Part shown: positions 7,031-14,290 of the stretch, piece by piece
How the letters are laid out: the number at the start of each line of letters is the position of its first letter
Position numbering within the stretch: position 1 is the first letter of the stretch
DNA from: Corallococcus sp. CA054B
GTDB taxonomy: Bacteria > Myxococcota > Myxococcia > Myxococcales > Myxococcaceae
DNA: 20,729 nt
Direction: 5' to 3'
NCBI RefSeq assembly: GCF_003611625.1
Contig: NZ_RAVY01000172.1
Location: forward strand, 1-20,729
Notes under the pieces: generated by a model
The model's database searches: none
The model's input: only the letters and a program-made list of their open reading frames with translations
Told to the model about the DNA's origin: nothing
Program-made: the position numbers and the translations under genes

Positions 7031-7085
7031 ATAGAGATCGTCCCCATCGAACGGCGGCGGGTCCCCGCGGCGAAAGGTGACGACG

Positions 7086-8051
7086 ATGAGCAACCCTGGA
7101 GGGGTGGTCCGGAAGAGCGGTGCAAGGTGGTTCGGCATGGGGGCCCTGGCGGCCCTCGCGCTGGCCGTGGTGGCGCCGGGATGCAGCAGCGACGAGTGCG
7201 TGGACGCGTTCGACTGCCGCGATGAGGGCGCGGCCCCCGCGGGCCAGGCCTGGACCTGCAACGCGGACAAGAAGTGCGAACTGCGCACCCTGACGCCGGA
7301 CGAGCAGGAGAATCCGGAGACGGACGCGGGCACGGGCGGTGAGACGGACGCCGGCACGGAGACCGACGCGGGTACGCCCGTGGACGGTGGCGCGGAGCTG
7401 TGCCGCAACGCCGTGGCCTGCTCGGAGCAGAGCATCGACAAGCTCCGGCTCCGGACCAACATCAACGACGGCGGCGTGGTGGAGGAGGGCACGACGGAGG
7501 GCGAGCACCTCACGTTCCTGGACGGCCGCGGGGGCGGCACGAGCGTGCCGGATTCGTACACCTACGCGCGCTTCACGGACATGGGCCTGGAGAAGGTCTC
7601 CATCGATGACCGGTCCTCGCTGGACTCGACGGCGTGGGATGTCGCGGTGCGCCGGTACGTCGTCCGCTTCAACAGCGGCGTGTCCGGCCCGTCGTGCGTG
7701 ACGGTGGCGCAGATGCCAGAAGGGACGACGTTCGAGTCGGTGACGGCCGTGCGCACGGACGCGCAGTTCGTGGCGGAGAACTACTACACCCCCGACACCT
7801 GCACGTTCTCCGGGGACCCGTACGGCATCCAGAGCCCGGCGACGCAGACGCTCTCGTACTGGGACTACCCCGGCTGCGTGGCGATGACGAACAAGGTCTA
7901 CCTCGTCCAGTTGGCGAACGGCCGTCACTTGAAGCTGCAGGTCGCGAGCTTCTACGACCCCGTGGTGCAGGAGGAGTGCAGGACGACGAACGCGGTGAAG
8001 AACACGGCCAGCGCGGGGTCGCTCCGCCTGCGGTGGGCCTGGCTGCCGTGA
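7086..8051 (+). CDS. Secreted/lipoprotein of unknown function with ETDAGT linker repeats; possibly iron- or heme-related given the upstream Fur-like box
   Basis: SD AAAGGTGA 6 nt upstream of the ATG at 7086 (track ORF starts at GTG 7077). Signal peptide with VAPGC motif. Cys-rich N-terminal region. C-terminal KVYLVQLANGRHLKLQVASFYDP. Stop TGA overlaps the next gene's ATG (TGATG). Confidence 0.7.
   Translation: MSNPGGVVRKSGARWFGMGALAALALAVVAPGCSSDECVDAFDCRDEGAAPAGQAWTCNADKKCELRTLTPDEQENPETDAGTGGETDAGTETDAGTPVDGGAELCRNAVACSEQSIDKLRLRTNINDGGVVEEGTTEGEHLTFLDGRGGGTSVPDSYTYARFTDMGLEKVSIDDRSSLDSTAWDVAVRRYVVRFNSGVSGPSCVTVAQMPEGTTFESVTAVRTDAQFVAENYYTPDTCTFSGDPYGIQSPATQTLSYWDYPGCVAMTNKVYLVQLANGRHLKLQVASFYDPVVQEECRTTNAVKNTASAGSLRLRWAWLP
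7317..7376 (+). repeat. Tandem 18-bp coding repeats (ETDAGT x3); the same motif recurs at the C-terminus of the next protein
   Basis: gagacggacgcgggcacg / gagacggacgccggcacg / gagaccgacgcgggtacg, in frame with the lipoprotein CDS. Confidence 0.6.
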
Positions 8052-9592
8052 TGACCCCCGGGGTTCCCACGCTGCTCCTGCTGCTGACTGGCGCGGGAAC
8101 CCCGCGCGGCCTCCCGCACGAGCGGGAGGCCGTGATGGGGCTGGCCGCCGAGTCCGGTCGGCCCACCTCGCCGACCGCGCAAGCGCCGCGCTATGAGCCT
8201 GGGGACACGGTGGAGTCCGTCGTGTCGCCGGGCGAGCGCTTCCTCATCCACTTCACCCGCCAGGGCAAGCACGCCGTGCCCGCGGCGGACGCGGATGGCA
8301 ACGGCGTGCCCGACTTCGTGGAACTCGTCGGACGCACCTATGAACGCGTGGCGACGTTCTACGTGGACCTGGGCTTCCGCCTGCCGCCCGACGACACGAA
8401 TCCTGCCGGGGACGACGGCGGCGACGGCCGCTTCGACGTGTACCTGGTGGACTTCGCGGGGATTGGTGACGGCTCCTTCCGGCAGGAGACCTGTCTGGAC
8501 GGCGTCACGCGCTGCACGGGCTACATGCTCCAGGAGAACGACTTCGCGGGCTACAACTACCCGTCCGACGCCGAGGCCGTGGAGATCCTCGCCAGCCACG
8601 AGTTCTTCCACGCGGTGCAGGCCGCCTACCGGCCCGGACTGGGCGGCATCGCCTCCGAGGGCACCGCTGTCTGGGCCACCGAGCGCTTCGAGCCCGCGCT
8701 CGACGACCTGGAGCGCTTCACCCGCGGCTACATGCTCACCCCGGACAGCCCCCTGGTGCTGGACCCCGCGGGGCCGGGCGTGACCTTCACCTACGGCGCG
8801 GGGCTCTTCTTCCAGTTCCTCTGCGAGCACTACGGTGACGGCGCGCTCCTCGCGTTGCTGGAGGAGTCCGTGCGGCAGCCGGAGGCCCGCTGGCCGGTGC
8901 TGCTGGACACCCGTCTGCGCCGCGACTTCGCCTCCAGCTTCGACGCGGCCTTCGCCCGGTTCGCCACCTGGAACCTGGGCACCGGCGCGCGCGCGACGCC
9001 GGGGTTCGGCTACGCGCGAGGGGAGGGCTATGCGCAGGTGACGACGGCGGCGGCGGCGCTCCCCACCACGAACGAGCGCGTGCGCGTCGCGGCGGCGGCT
9101 TCGCAAATCTTCGAAGTGCCCGGCGGCGCGTCCTTCGTGGGCGCCTCGTTCGAGCCCGAGCCCGGCATCGACCCGGCCACCGTGCACCTGGTCCTCGCGG
9201 CCGTCACGGATGACGCCGTGCTTCGCGTGGTGACCGTGGACGGGCCGGAAGCCCTGCGCGCCCGGGTGGCCGCGGATGACGCCACGCGCGTGATGGTGGC
9301 GGTCGTGGACGGCCGGATGGAAGGCCTGGGGCGTTATGGCCGGCTGTGCATCGCGGCCACCGGCCAGGCCTCGTCCTGCGCGCCACTCGAGGAGACGGAC
9401 GCGGGCACCGATGCGGGCACCGGTGATCCGGGGACCGTCGATGCGGGCAGGCCCGTGGATCCCATCGATGATCCGCGCACGCCCTCGGATGATGGTGGCT
9501 GCCAAGCCTCGGGGGGCCCCCTGTCCGGTGCGCTCGTCGCGCTGCTGCTCGGAGGGGGCCTGCGGGCCCGGCGGCGCTCACGGGCGCGTTAG
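8051..9592 (+). CDS. Secreted HExxH zinc metalloprotease-like protein with C-terminal MYXO-CTERM sorting signal
   Basis: ATG at 8051 inside track ORF 7634..9592; the upstream part is R-rich junk overlapping the previous gene. Hydrophobic N-terminus MTPGVPTLLLLLTGAG. ILASHEFFHAVQ (HExxH) plus downstream GGIASEGTAVW (candidate third-ligand Glu). C-terminal TDAGTDAGT repeat, then DDGGCQASGGPLSGALVALLLGGGLRARRRSRAR (Cys motif, hydrophobic helix, Arg cluster = MYXO-CTERM). Confidence 0.7.
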   Translation: MTPGVPTLLLLLTGAGTPRGLPHEREAVMGLAAESGRPTSPTAQAPRYEPGDTVESVVSPGERFLIHFTRQGKHAVPAADADGNGVPDFVELVGRTYERVATFYVDLGFRLPPDDTNPAGDDGGDGRFDVYLVDFAGIGDGSFRQETCLDGVTRCTGYMLQENDFAGYNYPSDAEAVEILASHEFFHAVQAAYRPGLGGIASEGTAVWATERFEPALDDLERFTRGYMLTPDSPLVLDPAGPGVTFTYGAGLFFQFLCEHYGDGALLALLEESVRQPEARWPVLLDTRLRRDFASSFDAAFARFATWNLGTGARATPGFGYARGEGYAQVTTAAAALPTTNERVRVAAAASQIFEVPGGASFVGASFEPEPGIDPATVHLVLAAVTDDAVLRVVTVDGPEALRARVAADDATRVMVAVVDGRMEGLGRYGRLCIAATGQASSCAPLEETDAGTDAGTGDPGTVDAGRPVDPIDDPRTPSDDGGCQASGGPLSGALVALLLGGGLRARRRSRAR

Positions 9593-9855
9593 CGCTCGTA
9601 TTCGTCGCACCCCGTCTCCTGCTTGGACGGGAAGGCGGACTTCTTCTCCTGGCGCACGTAGTCGTGGCTCTGGGAGAAGAGGTCCGGGCTGTTCACGGAC
9701 ACGGTGCCCTTCGCGGCGTCGGCCGTCTTCCACTGGAGCGCCTCCGGCTTGCCGTCCGCGGCCGTGAGCCCCAGCACCCACGCCCCGGTGCCCTTGCCGG
9801 GCTCCACCGACGTCACCTTCAGCGTCGTGGCCTCCTGGCCCAGCTGCACCTCCAC
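9589..9855 (-). CDS. Small hypothetical protein (~87-89 aa); start uncertain (GTG 9855 or 9849)
   Basis: C-terminal part of track ORF 9589..11451, whose upstream portion is junk. Very high GC3 in this frame only between 9589 and ~9855: ...LKVTSVEPGKGTGAWVLGLTAADGKPEALQWKTADAAKGTVSVNSPDLFSQSHDYVRQEKKSAFPSKQETGCDEYER. Its TAA stop overlaps the TAG stop of the convergent metalloprotease gene (cgcgTTAGcgc). Confidence 0.35.
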   Translation of the reverse strand: MEVQLGQEATTLKVTSVEPGKGTGAWVLGLTAADGKPEALQWKTADAAKGTVSVNSPDLFSQSHDYVRQEKKSAFPSKQETGCDEYER

Positions 9856-9909
9856 CTCACCCAGGGCGTGGCCAACCGCTTCAAGTCGGAGGCGAAGGAC
9901 GCGCTCGCG

Positions 9910-10626
9910 ATGCTGAAGCAGGAGAAGTCGGGCGCCACGACGAAGCCGGCCAACACCAACACGGGCGTGGTTCCCCCGTCCGTGAACAACGGCTCCAGGC
10001 CGGGCCGCACGGAAGGCCAGGGCACGAACACCTCCAGGCCCACCACGGAGGCGGCCCCCGCGAACACGGAGCAGGTGGCCCCGTCCAAGGACAATCCGGC
10101 GGTGCACGTGAAGGTGCCGTACTACAGCCAGTTCGAGAACGGCCACGGCTACACCGCGAGCGACACGGCGTGCTTCAAGGCCGCGACGGCCATGTCGCGC
10201 GACGCGGGCGCGACCGTGCTGGGCCCCGACCGCCGCATCCAGGTGGGCACGAGCGAGAACGGCGTCGGCGCGCTGAAGGTGGACTCGAAGAAGGCCGCCG
10301 AGGGCCGCAACTACATCGACAAGCAGCTGGAGGCCGGCAAGCCGGTGGTGGTGGGCGTCAGCCACAAGGACGCGAGCTACAACGCGGACGGCCTCACGGA
10401 CCACTTCGGGACCATCACGGGCCGCGGCGTCGACGACAAGGGCCGCACCTACTACACGTTCCACGACCCGGGCACGAAGAACGCCAGCACGGGCAAGGAC
10501 ACGAACCCGAACAACCGCTTCTACGTGGATGACAAGACCGGGAACATGTACCGCCCCGGCAAGGCCGCGAACGGCTACGTGACGGAGCGCCACTACGACG
10601 TGGCCATGGTGCGCCGCAACGCGTAG
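9910..10626 (+). CDS. Papain-fold cysteine peptidase-like protein (Peptidase_C39-like) with disordered N-terminal linker; start uncertain (ATG 9910 or GTG 9868)
   Basis: Real coding part of track ORF 9664..10626; the 5' part of that ORF has poor GC3 and junk composition. VHVKVPYYSQFENGHGYTASDTACFKAATAMS supplies candidate Q and C. ...GLTDHFGTITGRGVDDKGRTYYTFHDPG supplies candidate H and D/N. GGAGG lies 16 nt upstream of ATG 9910. No signal peptide. Confidence 0.5.
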   Translation: MLKQEKSGATTKPANTNTGVVPPSVNNGSRPGRTEGQGTNTSRPTTEAAPANTEQVAPSKDNPAVHVKVPYYSQFENGHGYTASDTACFKAATAMSRDAGATVLGPDRRIQVGTSENGVGALKVDSKKAAEGRNYIDKQLEAGKPVVVGVSHKDASYNADGLTDHFGTITGRGVDDKGRTYYTFHDPGTKNASTGKDTNPNNRFYVDDKTGNMYRPGKAANGYVTERHYDVAMVRRNA

Positions 10627-10736
10627 TCCCCGCGCGCAAAAAAGACGCCCCCCGGAAGTGATTCGGCCCGGCGCCTCATGAGGAGGTCGACCGGGCCGTT
10701 TCACATCCGCCGTCTGTGATTCGAAACGCCGGGCGC

Positions 10737-12332
10737 TTACGCGTGCGCCGCCTCGCGCCGCGCGGGCACCTCGCCGCGCAGCTCCGCGACCTCCGCGCGC
10801 AGGAGCCAGTCGCTCGGGAAGTCCGTGGATGCGCGGGCGATCTGCTCCAGCCGCTCGGGGGCCAGCTGCCCCGTCTCGCGGATGCGGCGCACCTCCGTAT
10901 AGAGGGCGGCCAGCGACGGGGGTAGGGCCTGCGCCTTGCGCTCGCGCGCCTGGGCCTCGCCGTCGCCCGCGGTGAAGGCGTCCAGCTCCCCGAACCACTC
11001 GTCCCACGTGCCCGGGTCGGCGGGGCCGCCCGCCACGGACGGCAGCCGCTCCGTCAGGTACAGGCGCGCCATGGACGGCAGCGTCAGCTCCTGGCCGGCC
11101 AGCGTGCCGCGCAGGGCAATCACCTCGCCGCCGCCCACCGCGAAGCCCTCCAGCACCAGCCCGCTGTCGAGCGCGAGCTGGAAGCTCCCGCGCTCCGGCA
11201 GGGTGCCCTGGCCAAAGGCGACCAGCGCCGCGCCGCTGAACGGCTTGTCCACGGCGTGCCCGTTCACGGACGTGAGGATGGGGCCCTCCAGCCGGGCCAG
11301 CGCGGTGGACAGGCCCGGGGCCACGTCCTTCGCGGCGGGCAGCAGCTCCACCACCTTGCCCGTCACCTCGCGGCCGTCCGCGAGCACCAGGTGGTTGACC
11401 GTGCGCGCGCGCAGCGCCTCGTTCAGGCCATGGTCCCCGCCGCGCTTCCACGCGAGCGTGGACTCGAACTCCGCCAGGACTTCAAAGAGGTGTTCAAAGT
11501 CGCGCGCCACGAAGAGCTGCGGCTGCATGCGGGTGATGTCGTAGTCCGTGTCCGCGCACGCCACGCCCAGGGGCAGCTTGTGCACGGCGGACGTCAGGCA
11601 GTGCCGCGCCTCGCCGATGCTGGACAGCAGGCCCGCGCCGTAGATGCGCGGGTGCTTCAGGTCGCCAATCAGCCCGTACTCCGCGGTCCACCAGTACAGG
11701 CGGCTCGCGCGGGTGCTCTCGCTGATGTAGCGGTGGCTGGCGTTGGCGGCCTCCAGGCGGGCCTGGGCGTGGGCGATCTCTTCTTCCGTCGCGGTGGGGT
11801 CCTCCTTCACCACGGAGAGGTTGCGGATGGCCTCGAAGACGGCCTGGTCCTCCACGCTGGCGATGGCCTTGAAGCCCACCAGCCCCACGGCCTTGAGGTA
11901 CTGGGCATACCGCGCGTTGGCGATGATGGGCGCGTGGCCCGCGCTCTCATGGACGATGTCCGGCGCGGGCGTGTACTGGATGTGCTCGTGCGTGCGGATG
12001 TCCGCCGCGATGGCCAGCACGCCCAGCGCCTGCAGCTCCGTGAAGACGGCTGGCGGGATGAAGCCGCGCACCGCCACGCAGGCCCAGCCCAGCTTGGACA
12101 GCTTCTCGTTCATCTCGTCCAGGCTGGGGATGGCCTCCGCGCCAATGCCCGTGGCCTCCAGGCCCTCCAGGTAGACGGGGTGCGCCTTGTCGCTCAGGTG
12201 CTCGCGCAGCTGCCCCAGGATGTGCCGCCACACCGCCTGATCCCGGGGCGTGTACGCCGCGTAGTCCTGGCTCACCACGTAGCGGCGCAGGTGGGCGGGA
12301 AGGCGGGCAATGGTCCGTTCCGTGGGCGTCAT
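10737..12332 (-). CDS. phhA: Biopterin-dependent aromatic amino acid hydroxylase (phenylalanine-4-hydroxylase-like) with ~240-aa C-terminal extension
   Basis: ATG at 12332 with SD GAAGGAG 7 nt upstream; the track ORF starts further up at 12389. Iron-binding HIQYTPAPDIVHESAGHAPIIANARYAQYL matches PAH PEPDICHELLGHVPLF. Confidence 0.85.
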   Translation of the reverse strand: MTPTERTIARLPAHLRRYVVSQDYAAYTPRDQAVWRHILGQLREHLSDKAHPVYLEGLEATGIGAEAIPSLDEMNEKLSKLGWACVAVRGFIPPAVFTELQALGVLAIAADIRTHEHIQYTPAPDIVHESAGHAPIIANARYAQYLKAVGLVGFKAIASVEDQAVFEAIRNLSVVKEDPTATEEEIAHAQARLEAANASHRYISESTRASRLYWWTAEYGLIGDLKHPRIYGAGLLSSIGEARHCLTSAVHKLPLGVACADTDYDITRMQPQLFVARDFEHLFEVLAEFESTLAWKRGGDHGLNEALRARTVNHLVLADGREVTGKVVELLPAAKDVAPGLSTALARLEGPILTSVNGHAVDKPFSGAALVAFGQGTLPERGSFQLALDSGLVLEGFAVGGGEVIALRGTLAGQELTLPSMARLYLTERLPSVAGGPADPGTWDEWFGELDAFTAGDGEAQARERKAQALPPSLAALYTEVRRIRETGQLAPERLEQIARASTDFPSDWLLRAEVAELRGEVPARREAAHA

Positions 12333-12425
12333 CGCGGGCGGCTCCTTCAAGAGAAACAGGACTCCTGAAGAATACGCACCGCACTCCAAGACGGAAATCC
12401 GGCAGAATTCGACGTCTTCGTCGGA

Positions 12426-13346
12426 TTATCGCCGTTTGTTCAGGCGGCGACGCACCCCGTCAAGGATGGATTGGACGGCGGGGCTGAGGCCTCCGGAGGG
12501 CCAGACGGCGACCACCTCCACGACCTGGGGCTCCTGTTCGCGCAGGGGCCAGACGTGGAGGTCGGGAGGGAACGGCTGGGTGGGGCGCACGTCCGGGGCA
12601 ATGGTGCACGCCTTGTAGGCGCGCAGCAGCTCATAGAGGTGGAGGAAGCTCTCCACGCGGCCCACCTCCGTGACGGAGACGCCGTGCGCGGCGAAGCGTG
12701 CGCTGTTGGCGCCGCCGTAGGGGTCGTCCCGCAGCCAGTCCACGAAGCGCTGGTCCTGGAGGTCCTTCACGTCCAGCGAGCGACGGGAGGCGTGCGTCCG
12801 GGCGAGCGCGGAGTCCGGACCCGCGATGACGACGAAGGACATTCGCAGCAGGGATTCCGTGTCCACGCCCTCGTGCGGGGGCAGGGGGGTGAAGTCGAGC
12901 GCCAGGTCCTGCTGCCGCGTCTGCACCTGCCGCATGAGCTCGTGCGAGCCGCCGAAGCCCACCACCAGCTTGAGGTCGGCGGCGGCGGCGTCCTGCGCGA
13001 TGCCGCCCAACAGCGACATGGACAGCGTGGGGTTGAGGCCCAGGCGCAGGGTGGGCTCCACGCGGGCCAGGTCCATCAGCCGCTTCACGTCCAGCTGGTG
13101 CAGCGGCGTCTGGGTGCCCGCGTAGAGGCGCTCTCCGCGCGCGGACAGTTGCAGGCGCCGGCCCGGCCCCCGCTCCAGCAGGGCGGCGCCATCCGCGAGC
13201 GCTTCCTCCAGGGCGCGGATGTGCTCGCTCACGACGGAGCGGGCGACGCCCAGGTGCTCCGCGGCGGCGTCGATGCTGCCGGCCTCCACGGCGGCGGTGA
13301 AGGACTCGAGCCAGACCAGGTGTCGCTGGAGCTTGCGCGGGGGCAT
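12426..13346 (-). CDS. LysR-family transcriptional regulator
   Basis: N-terminal HTH LVWLESFTAAVEAGSIDAAAEHLGVARSVVSEHIRALEEAL; ~300 aa with a LysR substrate-binding-like C-terminal domain. Confidence 0.85.
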   Translation of the reverse strand: MPPRKLQRHLVWLESFTAAVEAGSIDAAAEHLGVARSVVSEHIRALEEALADGAALLERGPGRRLQLSARGERLYAGTQTPLHQLDVKRLMDLARVEPTLRLGLNPTLSMSLLGGIAQDAAAADLKLVVGFGGSHELMRQVQTRQQDLALDFTPLPPHEGVDTESLLRMSFVVIAGPDSALARTHASRRSLDVKDLQDQRFVDWLRDDPYGGANSARFAAHGVSVTEVGRVESFLHLYELLRAYKACTIAPDVRPTQPFPPDLHVWPLREQEPQVVEVVAVWPSGGLSPAVQSILDGVRRRLNKRR

Positions 13347-13361
13347 GGGGCCTGAGGCGCG

Positions 13362-14183
13362 CTAGAGGAAGAAGTCGGGCAGGAGCTCCGCGCCGGGGAC
13401 GGACTGGTACTTGTCCAGGTCGGTGATGCCGGCGGCGCGCAGCACCTCATCGTCGATGCAGAAGTTGCCGGTGAAGGAGCGGCTGGGCTTGGTGAGGATG
13501 GTGTACGCGGCGTCCGCCATGATCTCCGGCTTGCGGCTGCCCTTCATGGTGTCGTCACCGCCCAGCAGGTTCTGCACGGCGGCGGTGGCGATGACGGTGC
13601 GGGGCCACAGCGTGTTGACGGCGATGCCGTCGTCCTTCAGCTCCTCCGCCATGCCCAGCGCGCACAGGCTCATGCCGTACTTCGCGATGGTGTAGGCCAC
13701 GTGGGGGCCGAACCAGCGCGGCTCCATGTTGAGCGGCGGCGAGTTGTTGAGGATGTGCGGGTTGGAGGACTTCTTGAGGTACGGGATGCACGCCTGCGAG
13801 CACGCGAAGGTGCCGCGCGTGTTGATGCCGTGCATCAGGTCGAAGCGCTTGAGCGGCGTGTCCAGCGTGCCGGTGAGGCTGATGGCGCTGGCGTTGTTCA
13901 CCAGGATGTCGATGCCGCCGAAGGTCTCCACGGCCTTGGCGACGGCGGCGTGGATCTGCGCCTCGTCGCGGATGTCCACCACGCAGGGGAGCGCCTTGCC
14001 GCCGGCCTCTTCAATCTCCTTCGCCGCCGAGTAGATGGTGCCGGGCAGCTTGGGGTGCGGGTCCGTGGTTTTCGCGGCGATGACGATGTTGGCGCCGTCA
14101 CGGGCCGCGCGCAGCGCGATGGCCTTGCCGATGCCGCGGCTGGCGCCGGTGATGAAGAGGGTCTTGCCTTGGAGGTTGGACAT
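13362..14183 (-). CDS. Short-chain dehydrogenase/reductase (SDR), HSDL2-like
   Basis: TGASRGIGKA Rossmann motif, NNAS, and catalytic YTIAK (YxxxK). Second ATG chosen for SD spacing (GAGGA 8 nt upstream); alternative start at 14192. Confidence 0.85.
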   Translation of the reverse strand: MSNLQGKTLFITGASRGIGKAIALRAARDGANIVIAAKTTDPHPKLPGTIYSAAKEIEEAGGKALPCVVDIRDEAQIHAAVAKAVETFGGIDILVNNASAISLTGTLDTPLKRFDLMHGINTRGTFACSQACIPYLKKSSNPHILNNSPPLNMEPRWFGPHVAYTIAKYGMSLCALGMAEELKDDGIAVNTLWPRTVIATAAVQNLLGGDDTMKGSRKPEIMADAAYTILTKPSRSFTGNFCIDDEVLRAAGITDLDKYQSVPGAELLPDFFL

Positions 14184-14224
14184 GGGCCGCATCCTCGCTC
14201 AAACGCGGGGCGCCGCAATGCCCG

Positions 14225-14256
14225 GAGCGGCCGGACCCGGGTGGGACCGGCCGCTC
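14225..14256. terminator. GC-rich hairpin downstream of the Kelch/PKD gene on the minus strand
   Basis: GAGCGGCCGG (14225-14234) pairs with CCGGCCGCTC (14247-14256); 12-nt loop. Confidence 0.35.
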
Positions 14257-14290
14257 GTCGACAGAGCTTCAGCGGAGTTTCAGGGGGACT

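Noticed and set aside
7634-8050. N-terminal extension of track ORF 7634..9592
   Set aside because: R-rich and overlapping the upstream lipoprotein gene in another frame. The ATG at 8051 with a TGATG junction and a hydrophobic N-terminus is the credible start.
9856-11451. Upstream 530 aa of the 620-aa minus-strand ORF 9589..11451
   Set aside because: R/G-rich junk antisense to the C39-like peptidase and PAH genes. Only the last ~88 codons (9589-9855) have coding-like GC3.
12333-12425. AT-richer spacer between LysR and PAH with short inverted repeats (ATCCG...CGGAT; CTTCA...TGAAG)
   Set aside because: Arms are only 5 bp with long, irregular spacing. This cannot be distinguished from chance. 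It could be a weak terminator or a LysR site, but there is no support.
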